Assembly (NCBI RefSeq): GCF_018350175.1
Contig: NC_058368.1
Coordinates: forward strand, 223,078,001-223,142,000
Direction: 5' to 3'
From: Felis catus
Lineage: Eukaryota
DNA length: 64,000 bases
Position numbers and translations under genes: made by a program. Shown here in pieces: positions 25,164 to 37,249 of the stretch. A model generated the notes under the pieces. It ran no database searches. It was not told where the DNA came from and worked only from the letters and a program-made list of their open reading frames with translations. Each line of letters opens with the position of its first letter. The stretch's first letter is position 1.

Positions 25164-27252
25164 ATGTCAAGAGCAGGCACTCTTGTCTTTATACTAATCT
25201 TGAGTTTGATGTTAGCTATGGGCTTGTTCTGTATGGCTTTTATTATGTTGAGAAATATACCCTTCAACTCTGTTGAGACTTTTTGTCGTGAAAGGAAGTT
25301 GAATTTTGTCAAATGCTTTTTCTGCATGTATCTATATGATCACATGATTTTTATCCATCATTTGTTAATATGGTGTTTCACACTGACTTATTGGCAAATG
25401 TTGAACGAACCTTGCATCCGTGGAATGAATTCCATTTGATTATGGTGTATGATCATATTAATATATTGAAATCAGTTTGCTAATATTTTGTTGAGGATTT
25501 TTTTCATTTATTTGCATCAGGGATATTATTAGCCTGTAATTTCCTTTTTCTATGATGTGTTTGTCTAGCTTTGGTGTCAGGGTGTTTGAAAAAGATTAGT
25601 ATTCTTTAAGTATTTGATGAAATTCACCAGTGAGGCCATTTAGTCCTGGGTTCTTGCTTGGGAAGTTTTTGATTACTGATTCAATTTCTTTACTAGTAAT
25701 CAGTCTGTTCAGATTTTTCCAGTTCTTCATATTTCAGTCTTGGTAAGTTGTGTGTTTCTAGGTATTTCTCCATTTCTTATTTGTTCCATTTTTTAGTGCA
25801 TAGTTATTCATTGTACTCTATTTTGATCCTTTGAATTTGTGTGGTATCAGTTGTAATGTTTAATCTTTCATTTATAATTTTACTTCTTTGAATATTCTCC
25901 TTTTTTTCCTGGTGTAATTTAGTCAAATGTTTATCTTTTCAAAAACACAGATTGGAGATTTATTTACCTTTTCTATTATCTTTTTAGTCTATATTCATTT
26001 ATTTTCATTCAAATTCTTATTTCCTTCCTTCTCCTAACTGTGGCCTTGATTTGTTCTTATTTTTCTGGTTCTTTGAGTTGTAAGAGAGGTTGTTCTATAT
26101 CTTTCCTTTTTTCTTAATGTAGGTATTTATCACTAGAAACTTCATTTTTAGTACTGCTTTTGCTCCATCCCATAACTTTTGGTATGTTTTCTTTCTGTTT
26201 TCATTTGTCTAAAGACATTTTTCTCATTTGATTTCTTCTTTGACCCACTGGTCATTTATTTGTATTGATTAATATTTATGTATTTGTGAATTCTTGAGTT
26301 TTCTTCTTATAACTGATTTCTAATTAATTCATTTGTGGTCATAAAAGATACTGAACGTGATTTAAATTTTCTCAAAATTAAGACATATTTTGTGGCCTAA
26401 CATATGACCAGACTTTGAGGATGGTCCATGTGTACTTAAGGAGAGTGTACATTCTGTTGTGGTTCGATGGAATGTTCTGCAAATTTCTGTTCAGTCTATT
26501 TGGTCTAAGATACCATTTAAGTCCAATGTTTCCTTCCAGTTTTCTGTTTGGATGATTATATCCATTGTGGAAAATGTGGTATTGAAGTCCCCTACTTTAA
26601 TTGAAATGCCGTGTATTTCTCCGTCTGTTCTGCTAATATTTGCTTTATATATTTAAGTGCTCCAAAGTTAGGTACTATTCGTTCTTTTTTTTAATCAAAT
26701 TTTGATATTATGCCTCTTCTTGAAATATTCTAGTTGTTTTTAGTGGCTCATTATAAGACTACTTCAATGCTACTTGAGGCAAGATATTGAAGGAGACTTA
26801 TAGGTGTGTCTTTCCTGAAAGTTCTAATAGTAAATGATCCACCATATTTAATAGAAACAGTGTAATACTAAATTCAACTGATGAGATATGTTTCCAGTAA
26901 CTCTGAGAATGTGTACAGAAGCCTAATATATCTTTCATAACTATTGAATCTATGAAAAATTTGAGTTAAATTTCTATGTTGAAATATCCTTTTTTGTCCT
27001 ATGCTGTATTACTAGAACAAAATTAATCTTAGGGGAAAATTATTTCTTCCAATCATATTATAAAACATAGTCCTTTAATGTATTTTTATATTTTCTTTCA
27101 GAGCCATTATATATTTTAAATAGTGTGGTATTAAGTTGCCTTCACTTGTAAAATTTAGCACAAAGAGTAGAACCTAATTCCTTATTAAATGATATAAATA
27201 TAATTTAAGTAGATTACTATAGTCTTTTACTTTATATTAAAAAGTATATTTA

Positions 27253-27486
27253 GGGGCACCTGGGTGGCTCCATTGGTTAGGCATCTGACTTTGGCTCAGG
27301 TCATGATCTTGCAGTCTGTGAGTTTAAGCCCCGCATCGGGCTCTGTGCTGACAGCTCAGAGCCTGGAGCCTGCTTTAGATTCTGTGACTCCCTCTCTCTC
27401 TGCCCCTCCCCCGCTCGTGCTCTGTATCTGTCTGTCTGTCTGTCTCTCTGTCTAAAAAATAAATAAACATTAAAAAAATTTAAAAA
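27253..27486 (+). mobile_element. SINEC_Fc-type SINE
   Basis: Typical body. Near-TSD AAAAG(T/C)ATATTT. Confidence 0.93.
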
Positions 27487-27510
27487 GCATATTTTTAAAA
27501 AGTATAGTAA

Positions 27511-27690
27511 ACACGTGGGTGTGTCAGTTGGCTAAGTGTTGGCTTCTTGATTTAGGCTCAGGTCATGATCTCATGGTTCATAGGATGGAACCACAGGTCA
27601 AGTTCCGCACTGACAGCGTGGAGCCTGCTTGGAATTCTCTCCCCCCTCCCCTATCTGTCCCACGTCAAAATAAATAAATAACATTTTTAA
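27511..27690 (+). mobile_element. Older CanSINE
   Basis: Degenerate head, ggctcaggtcatgatctcatggttc and AATAAA tail. Confidence 0.85.
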
Positions 27691-27907
27691 GAATATAGTA
27701 ATTGCAATAGTAACATTTCATGTTTTAAAACTAATGCATTTTACTAAATAATACATGGTTGCCTACACTGAGTTCATATATCTATCATGTGCATTTTACA
27801 CTTTTTCAATATTTCAGTTAATAAGCAGAATTTTATAGCATAAGCTGGTCAATATGTGTAGGTATTTTTTAGTTAAACATGCTAACTTCCGTCTTTATTC
27901 ATGTTAT

Positions 27908-28129
27908 TATTTTTTACTTTTTAATTTATTGATTTTTGAGAGAGAGAGTGACAGATACAGAACACGAGTTGGGGAGGAGCAGAGAGAGAGGGAGACACAG
28001 AATCCGAGGCAGGCTCCAGGCTTTGAGCGGTCAGCACAAAGCCCACCGTGGGGCTCAAACCCATGAAGTGTGAGATCATGACCTGAGCTGAAGTCCGATG
28101 CTTAACCGACTGAGCCACCCAGGCACCCC
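27908..28129 (-). mobile_element. SINEC_Fc-type SINE
   Basis: Typical body ending gccacccaggcacccc. Confidence 0.93.
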
Positions 28130-29190
28130 TAGTGATGGTATTTTAATTGTCATTTTCACGTTGCTGATAGGAGTCATAATAACTTACTAAGTTTCAATAT
28201 GGCCAGCTTAATGATAGTTAAAACTGCAACAGCATTTTGGGAGTGTATTAGTTGGTCTTGGAAACCAGAGATTGATGTGCTGTATTTTTTCATTTTATAT
28301 CTGTAATGTTGGTACACTCAGACACTTGCAAGATAGATTCAGATCCTGGGTAGAGAATTTATTTTTCTAAGATCTGCTTTCCATGCTCTTGTAATCTGTT
28401 CTCTATAGTGTATTTTGATTTGATTTTTTATGAGGATGTTTGGTTTTGTACTGTGATCCTTGCTTAGGGTAGGAAACTTCAATGTGCTACTATAAAAGGT
28501 TATTACAATAGGGGAAATATTTAATCTCTGCTTTTCATAGATGGAGTCTGTGTCATCAGTTACGTCAAGTAAGTTTCATTAACTCTTCCTGAGAAGAAAA
28601 TAAATAGGTTTGCTTCATTATGGGGCCCTAATGTAGATCTAAAATTTAAAGAGTTTTTTTTTTCTTTTTTCCACAATGGTGCTCATAAAGTAACTTTACA
28701 CCACTTAATGCTGAAGGTTAACTGTTCTTAACTGTAAACTTAGGAAAAACAAATATATAATAGTTATAAGATATGCCTTTTAAGAATAGTGCAAACACAA
28801 CTGTGATTTTTTTTTTTTTTTTTTTGGTATATGTGTTTGTTCACTTCCTTGTTTATGAAAAAGTAGTTCTAATGCGATCTGGAATAATGTTCAGTGTCTA
28901 TATTCATTTGGGACAGACCAATGTCAATATCAATATCAATCTCTGCTAAGGCAGGCATGTTATAATTTAAGAGAAATTACCATTTTGGTTAACAGTTTTT
29001 TGATTTAGGTAAGGTTTTGTTAAAGATACATATTTCTTATCTGAATAAAGTATAGTCCAGAGGTGTAATAGTTTCTCTATTTTTCTCATGCATGGCCTTC
29101 AAAGATGCTATTTATTTGAAGAAAAAGCTAGTCCCTATAACTGGCATTGTATAAACCACTAAATTTTATTTGTTTTATATATATTTTTCT

Positions 29191-29191
<1 letters not shown>

Positions 29192-29234
<43 letters not shown>

Positions 29235-29237
29235 TGT
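29192..29237. repeat. (TG)n microsatellite
   Basis: Visible tandem TG run. Confidence 0.95.
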
Positions 29238-29242
29238 ATCTG

Positions 29243-29452
29243 TTTTTTAATGTCTATTTATTTTTGAGAGAGACAGACAGAATGTGAGCAGGGAAGGGGC
29301 AGAGAGAGAGGGAGACACAGAATCCGAAGCAGGCTCCAGCCTCCGAGCTGTCAGCACAGAGCCCAACGCGGAGATCGAACACATAACCCATGAGATTATG
29401 CATGACCTGTACCCAAGTTGGACACTTAGCCAACTGAGCCACACAGGTGCCC
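29243..29452 (-). mobile_element. SINEC_Fc-type SINE
   Basis: Typical body. Confidence 0.92.
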
Positions 29453-30072
29453 ATGTTGGTATATATTTTTTAAACATATACTCCTGTAAGCATTTCTTTC
29501 ATATTACTATGCTACAATGATTGTCATAAGCGTATTTTAAATACTTCCTTTTTTAAATTCATTGTTCACTTGAACAATATACGGATTGAGAAAGGATTTC
29601 TTCCTATTGATGAGATCAATTCATTTTATGTATTTATTTAATTAGAGGGAGAAAGAGCACAATCACAGGAGAGCACAAGTCAGGAGCCCAGACATCCAGA
29701 GATCATTTCCTTTTTACACAATGTTAGGAGGATCTTTAGCAACTGAAGATAATCTAATATTAATTAAATAAAAATGCTTAAGAATGCTGAAAATATTTCA
29801 TATATATTTTGCGTAAGTAAATGTGGTTTCAGCACATCACATCTAAACACATATCAAGTCTTCATTTATCATTTAAAGAAGGTGAGAACAGAATATTCTC
29901 TTCCCAGAATTGCTGAGCCTTATCAGATACCTAGAGTTGAGTTCCATATTCTCAAATAATACAGGAGTAATGTTGACTTTGTGTTTACGTAGACCAAAGA
30001 TGTCATCCACACATAATAGTCAGCCACATTATAGAAAAATGTGACAAATTCCCTTTTTAAAATGATAGGGTA

Positions 30073-30262
30073 GGGGCACCTGGGTGGCTCGGTCAGTTAA
30101 GCATTCAACTCTTGATTTCTGCTCAGGTCATGGTCTCACAGTTCGTGAGATTGAGTCCCATGTAGGGCAATGCAGAGCCTGCTTGAGATTCTCTCTCTCC
30201 CCTTCTCCCTCTGCCCCTTCTCTCTCCTATCTCTCAAAAATAAATAAATAAACTTAAAAAAA
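30073..30262 (+). mobile_element. CanSINE
   Basis: ggggcacctgggtggctcggtcagttaagc head, CT tract and A tail. Confidence 0.92.
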
Positions 30263-31087
30263 TCAACAAACTAATAGGTAATACATGCCAATAAACTAAT
30301 AGGTAATGCATGCCAAATTTCATGAAAGCAGTCTTTATTCAAGGCTTTGTAACCTCAGTGCTTAGATTTGTATCTGGCCCAGTGTCTAGAACGTATCTGA
30401 AAGACCAAAGGTATTTGTTATATAAATAAATAGTGAATTAACTAGTAAGTTAATAAGAGTGTATATTATATATATATTGATTTTAGTGCAATAGAATAAA
30501 ATCTGTTTATAGAACAGTATTTTTAAATAAGTTATTCCTTATAGATAATTTAAAAGTATACAGAGGAAAAATACTTAGAATCTTTACAATAGTCGGAATA
30601 AATTCATAATCTTCCTCTTCTGAGTTCTTCAGATTTTATGTGGACCAGGTTGTCATGATAGAAATTTATAAAGGATCTATCTAGTCATAAGTTATCTAAT
30701 TCACATGCTGAACGTATATTTTTATTGTTTTTACTGCCTAATGGACACTATGCTGAACACTGGAAACACTGCAATTAACAAGTGATCTTTCTCCTCATGA
30801 AGTGGAAATTTTAATCCATTGGCTGCCATTTACTTAAGGATGACATCTCAAGTCTACACAAAGAAACAAGTCAACTGTAGCTACTTTGTTGATTGCTAGT
30901 ATGAAAATCAGCTACTCTGTTTATTTTCCTAACTTGTCTCAGCAATTTTGGGTAAAGGATATGCTTTTCTTTGCTTTCTTCAAAAGAGAAATAAAGACAC
31001 TTGACATATGCACTTAGAACCCGAGACCACTTTTCCTTCAAATGAGCTGAAATCAACAAATAACCGCCACTCCCCCAAAAAACTTAC

Positions 31088-31223
31088 CAGAATAAAATAA
31101 TAAAATTGAAAATGTGTATCCAGGTGAAAGAAGATTTACTTCTTAAAAAGCGTCTCATCAATTCCTGCATATTCAAGTGCATGTTTGTAAATTTAGAAGA
31201 TACATCCAGACATGTTTTGTATT
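31088..31223 (-). CDS. Putative internal exon (136 nt): (E)YKTCLDVSSKFTNMHLNMQELMRRFLRSKSSFTWIHIFNFIILF(W)
   Basis: Consensus donor CTG|GTAAGT and acceptor tttattactaaatttAG|A. Only the phase 1-2 frame is open, and it matches both flanking exons. Confidence 0.6.
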
Positions 31224-32749
31224 CTAAATTTAGTAATAAACTGAAGTCCTCAGTGTGCCAGGCCCATTTAATGTTGGCAAACAGCCAATTCCTTTCTTCC
31301 CCAGACAGCAGTGGTTATTGCTTAGAATGATCTTATAAACAGGTGCTTATGCATTCCTGTCACTATTATAAAGGACCTTCTATTTTAGGTCAGGTGATAA
31401 AAATTAAAGGCTAAATGTTGACTCTAATACCACCAGATTCCTTCAAAACAGAACCTGTATGTCAATTCAGTGTGGGATGACTCCACAAAGTTCTCCAAGT
31501 TCACTTTATTCATTTCTTCCAGTCTTGAGGCTATATTTCTGAAACACCAATAGCTGAAATAAAGCTAGCTTTCCTGAAAGCCAATGGTTGGGCTAGTTTA
31601 TTTACTTATTTTATAACTGCACACCTAGCCTGATTCTCTTAGCAAGGGTGCAGAGTCCCAATAGTTAGAGGAAGTAAAATATAACATATGCTTTCCTGCT
31701 ATTTCCAAGCATCTTCACGCAATGTATCTCACTTGCCTGTTGACAAAAATCCTTTCTAGACAGGCTCTCTATGATTTATAATCATAAGCTGATCTCTTTC
31801 TCCCTTTCTGTCTCTCAATCTGTCTCTTTCTTCCTTCTCCCCTGCCCATCATGGAACCCAACTAAAAGAATAGGTTTTGGCATCTGGATTTGAGAATTTA
31901 GACCTTAGTTTGTATGGCTGCCAAACCTGAACATGAGGATATTTCACAAATGAGGAATATCTTGGACTTGAGTTTATGTGCCAATAGCCTTGAACATATA
32001 TCAAAAGGGATTTTATATTTCCCATTGATAATAAGTCAGAAATGGGTGTTACATGTTCTTAACATAATAATTTCCGTATACATTTTATAATAGTTGGTTA
32101 TATAAAATAAAACCATGATTTATTAGGTTAAAGGGAACAATAAAACAGATTTTCTTATGCTACTGGTCATTCACAGAAGTATACATAAAGGAGTTGCATT
32201 TCGGGGTCTTCTGAGACCAAGATATTATCCTACATCGCCATTGCTCAGGCTGCTATACCTGCAAACCCTTCACAGAGACCCTGTCTTTTCCTGGGTTCTG
32301 ACATCAGGGCACAGCCTTACACAGTCAGGTCTGTACCACCTGACTGTGTTTCAGATGGCCACAGGTGATTGCATTCAGCTGAGTAAATGACTCAAGCATT
32401 TAATTCATTCAATGATTGATAAAATATGAAACAGCTAAAAATTAATATACTTTTTTTCCTAGGAGTCTGAGTAATTGAGAAATTTAGAGACAATCAGGTA
32501 ACGACAATCTAGTTATTGTACTCAATGCTGTGTCATAGAGGATGTACATGGGCAGAGATAGGTCATGAAAGATGATGAACAAGCCAACCTATGAATATAC
32601 CTGAGTGAGAGCTCTCTTATGTTACAGCCATTTATTGATATCTACCATATATCTGATGGGATGAAATATCCCATCTTTAGGGAGAAGATATTTAGGAGAG
32701 AATGATACACAATAAACAATAACATATTAAATGCAAATTATATATATCT

Positions 32750-33050
32750 TAGATTCAGTTCTCTGGGGAATAGCCTTTAGTGCAGAAAATCATCTGCAGA
32801 ATGTTTATGTAGGTGTCTCTCTGTGTCAACATCCATGGGGGGGAAGGAACAAAGATCATGCAAAGAAAGGAGGTGAATGGCAACATAGGCATAACATAGG
32901 GTTTTCCATAAGCTTTGAAGTTGGAATGCCTCTTGAACATTATTCCATCTTAAAGCAAGTGTTTAAGCTTGTATCTTCCTCTGTTCATAATCAACCATAC
33001 AGTGTGGGCTGCCTTTGGGGAGGAAGAATGAATCTTGGCAAATCAGTCTA
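32750..33050. mobile_element. Possible old LTR (MaLR/ERVL) fragment
   Basis: Resembles old MLT1/LTR33-type sequence. Recalled similarity only. Confidence 0.3.
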
Positions 33051-33606
33051 CGTATGATACATCACATCAATAAAGAAAGTATAAAAACTCCATGATCATT
33101 TCAATAGACTCATAAAAAGCATTTGACAAAGTGCAACATCCATTCATGATAAAAGTTCTCAACAAAGTAGGTTTAGAAGGAACATACTTCAGCATAATAA
33201 GGGCCATGCATGAAAAACCCACAGCAACCATCATACTCAGTGGGGAAAAACTGAAGGTTTTCCCCATAAGGTCAGGAACAAAACAAGGATATCTACTCTC
33301 AGCACTTTTATTCACCATAGTATTGGAAGCCCTTGTTATAGAAATCAGACAACAAAAAATAAAAAGCATCCATATTGTCAAGGAAGAAGAAAACTTTCAC
33401 TATCTGTAGATGACATGATACTCTATATAGAAAACCTGAAAGACTCCACCAAAAAACTGCTAGAACTGATAAACAAATTCAGTCAAGATGCAGGATACAA
33501 AATCAGTTTATAGAAATCTGTTGCATTTCTATATACTGATAATAAAGTGGAGGAATAGAAATTAAGGAATCCATTCCATTCACAATTCATCCAATAATAC
33601 TAAGAT

Positions 33607-33728
33607 GCCGATGGGGGGTGGGAGGGAGGGGAAGGTGGGTGATGGGTATTGAGGAGGGCACCTTTTGGGATGAGCACTGGGTGTTGTATGGAAACCAATT
33701 TGACATTAAACTTCATATATTGAAAAAA
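33607..33728 (+). mobile_element. ~120-bp young felid L1 3' terminus nested in older L1
   Basis: ggtgatgggtattgaggagggcaccttttgggatgagcactgggtgttgtatggaaaccaatttgac plus A tail. Near-TSD AATA(C/G)TAAGAT. Confidence 0.85.
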
Positions 33729-35351
33729 ATAGTAAGATACCTAAAAATAAACCTAACCAAAGAGGTGGAAGACGTATATTCTGAAAACTATAAAACACTG
33801 ATGAAAGAATTTGAAGATGACAAAAAAAAATGGAATAACATTCTATGCTCGTGTATCAGAAAGACAAATATTGTTAAAATATCTATACTACACAGAGCAA
33901 TTTACACATTAAATGCAATCCTCATAAAAATATCAACAGCATTTTTCACAGAACTAGAAAAATCCTAAAATTTGTATGTAACCACAGAAGACCCCAAATA
34001 GCCAAAGCAATCTTGAAAAAGAAAGGCAAAGCTGAAGGCATCACAGTTCGAGATTTCAAGTTATATTACAAAGCTGTAGTAATCAAAATAGGATGATACT
34101 GGTACACAAATAGACACATAGATCAATAGAACAGACAGAAAACCCAGAAATGAACCCACAACAATATGGTCTATTAGTCCTTGACAAAGCAGGAGAGAAT
34201 ATCCAGTGGGAAAAAGACAGTCTCATCAACAAATGGTGTTGCGAAAGCTGGGCAGCTACATGCAAAAGAATGAAACTGGACCACTTTATTATACCACCAA
34301 TAAAAATAAATTCAAAATGAATTAAAAACCTAAATGTGAGAGCTGAAACCATAAAAATTCTAGAAGAGAATACAGGCAGTAACCTCTTTGACATTGGCTT
34401 TAGCAACTTCTTTCCAGATATGTCTGTGGAGGCAAGGGAAACAAAAGCAAAAATAAACTATTGGGATTACATCAAAATCAGAAGCTCCTGCGCAACAAAG
34501 AAAACAATCAACACAACTAGAAAACAGCCTACTTAATGGGAGAATATATATGCAAATGGCATGTCTAATAAAAGGCGAGTGTCCAAAATATAAAAAGAAC
34601 TTATAAAACTCAACACTCCTCAAAAAAAAGCAATCCAATTAAAAATGGGCAGAAAACATGAATAGAAACTTCTTCAAAGAAAATACAAATAGCCAATAGA
34701 TACTTGAAAAGATGCTCATAATCATCATCAGGGAAAAGCAAATCAAAACTACAAGATATCACTTCACACCTATCAGAGTGGCTAAAATCAACAACACAAG
34801 AAACAACAGGTGTTGGCAAGGCTGTAGAGAAAAAGGAACCCTCTTGTACTTTTGGTAGACATGCAATATGGTGCAGCCACTCTAGAAAACAGTATGGAGG
34901 TTCCCCAAAGAGTTAAAAATAGTTACCCTATGATCCAGCAATTGCATTCCTGGGTATTTACCCCCAAAATACAAAAGCAATAATTCAAAGGGTCACATGC
35001 ACTCCTATGTCTATGGCAGCATTTACAATAGTCAAGATATGGAAGAAAATCAAGTGTCCATTGTATCCATCAATTGATGAATGGATAAGGAAGTTGTGGT
35101 CTAGTTATTTATATCTGTCTATCTATCTCTATTTCTCCATCTCTATATATAAATCTGGCAATAAAAAAGAAGGAAATTGTGTTGTTTGCAAAGATATAGA
35201 TGGAGCTAGAAAATCTATGCTAAGCAAAATAAGTCACTTAGAGAAAGACAAATGTCATGTGATTTCACTCATGTCGAATTTAAGAAAACAAATGAGGGAA
35301 GGAGAAAAAGGGAGAGAGCAGCAAGAAACAAGCTCTTAATTATAGAGAACA

Positions 35352-35626
35352 GGTTCGCCTGGGGGTCTCAGTCAGTTAAGCATTGGACTCTTGGTTTTGG
35401 TTCAGGTCAAGATCTCACAGTTCATGGGTTCAAGCCCTGCATTGGGTTTTGTGCTGGCAACATGGAACCTGCTTGAGATTCTCTCTCTCTCACTCTCTCT
35501 CGCCTCTCTTGCTCTGTCTCTGTCTCTGTCTCTCTGTCTCTGTCCTCTGTCTCTCTCTCTGCCTGTCCCTCACTCTCTTGTGTATTCTCACTCTTTCTCC
35601 CTCAAAATAAAATAAACTTCAAAAAA
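35352..35626 (+). mobile_element. CanSINE in L1 3' UTR
   Basis: Extended CT tract. TSD AATTATAGAGAACA. Confidence 0.92.
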
Positions 35627-36364
35627 AATTATAGAGAACAAACTGATGATTACCAGAGGGGAAGTGGGTGAGGGATGGGTTAAATAGGTGGTGGAGATTA
35701 AGGAGTGCACTTGTGATAAGCACCAGGTGATGTATGGAATTGTTGAATTACTATATTGTACACCTAAAACTAATAAAACACTGTATGTTAAAAAAATTTA
35801 ATTTTAGCACTAACATTATTTACCCCATGATAAGTATGTCATGTCTCATCTTGTTCTACAGTCTTGAGATACCAGTTTTCTAGCATTCCAGGTGAATCTT
35901 TGAAGTCTCTGTAGTCGGATAATTACATCTTCATTTTTTAATCCTGTAGAACTCTGTCACTACTATAGATGGGCATTTAGCTTCTCTGACTTTCCACCTT
36001 TCTCAGAATCGGCCATTGTGTCCTGGAGAAAATTCCTTCAAAATTTAATCCATCTTGACCTGTGGAACTCATATTTATCTGTAAACTAGACAGAAACATT
36101 TCCATTTGTAATGTCTTGTCTAACTGAAAATCTGGGAGCAAGAGCTGATTCAGGCCATCCTGTATGAGCCCAAATACCGATATTCAGAATCTCTTGCCAA
36201 CCCATTTACTTGCACTGAGGTGGTATTTCCCACCTTATAGGTTCCCTACCAGAAATGTCAGTCGTGTCCACAATTTCCACTCTTGGGATAAAGGAATTAT
36301 TTCCAAATCTGTTGATTACCACTGAATCTGTTTCCACAGTCCTAATTATTTTTCAGTTCCATGT

Positions 36365-36814
36365 GTTTTTTTTTTCTTAGTTTTTTTTAAGTTTATTTAT
36401 TTATTTTGAGAGAGAGAGAGAAAAAACAAGCATGGAAGGGCAAGAGAGAGACGGAGAGAGAAATCCCAAGCAGACTCTGCAACGGCAACACCGAGCCCCA
36501 TGTGGGGCTCGAACCCACGGACCATGAGATCACGATCTGAGCTAAAACCAAGAGTCAGGGGGCGCCTGGGTGGCTCAGTCGGTTAAGCAACCGACTCTTG
36601 ACTTCAGCTCAGGTCATGATCTCCCAGTTCATGAGATCGAGCCCCACGTGGGGCTCTGTGCTGACAGAGTGGAGCCTGCTTTGGACTCTCTCGCTCCTTC
36701 TCTCTCTGCCCCTCCCCTGCTCGTGTGCACTCTCACTCTCAAAATAAAAACATTAAAAAAAAAAGTTAAAACCAAGAATCAGAAGCTTAACCAACTGAGC
36801 CACCCAGGAACCCC
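36365..36814 (-). mobile_element. CanSINE split by a second SINE
   Basis: Body 36365-36557 and head 36767-36814. Outer TSD TCCATGTGTTTTTT. Confidence 0.9.
36559..36766 (+). mobile_element. CanSINE nested in an opposite-strand SINE
   Basis: Full head and tail. Near-TSD AAAACCAAGA(G/A)TCA. Confidence 0.94.
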
Positions 36815-37029
36815 TCCATGTGTTTTTTAATATGCCTCTATCTGCATATCTCATCATTTTTCATTCCTAATCTCTCCATAACTGGTCTCTAAATATTTGG
36901 GTCATTTGTAGAGCTACACAATCAGTTGAGCCACACAAACTTGTGAAAAATATTACCTTAGTGTTAATGTACTAAAATCATAACTTAAGAAATATATAAT
37001 TATATAGAAACATTACAATGCTAGAATAT

Positions 37030-37249
37030 TTTTATTTTTTGGTTAATTTTTTTACATTTATTTATTTTTGATAGAGACAGAGCACAAGTGGGGGAGGGGA
37101 AGAGAGAGAAGGAGACACAGAATCGGAAGCAGGCTCCAGGCTCTGAGCTGTCAGCACAGAGCCTGATGCGGGGCTCGAACTCACAAACTGTGAGATCATG
37201 ACCTGAGCCGAAGTCAGACGCTTAACCGACTGAGCCACCCAGGCGCCCC
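37030..37249 (-). mobile_element. SINEC_Fc-type SINE
   Basis: Typical body. TSD AATGCTAGAA. Confidence 0.95.

Larger units (their letters stand above)
22180..26675 (-). mobile_element. Decayed 5'-truncated LINE-1 (ORF2 from the endonuclease region to the 3' UTR)
   Basis: Continuous T-rich antisense ORF2 sequence, e.g. QEKIFADHIFDKRLTS at 23.7 kb, RT region at 24.8-25.5 kb and endonuclease motif at 26.6 kb. Confidence 0.9.
33053..35795 (+). mobile_element. 5'-truncated LINE-1 (ORF2 RT to C-terminus plus 3' UTR), decayed
   Basis: ORF-track peptides [16 protein letters not shown]...[43 protein letters not shown] and ETIKILEENTGSNLFDIG are L1 ORF2 remnants. Confidence 0.95.

Noticed and set aside
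33131..34536. ORFs with reverse-transcriptase-like peptides
   Set aside because: Fragments of a 5'-truncated, stop-ridden L1 ORF2, not an active element.
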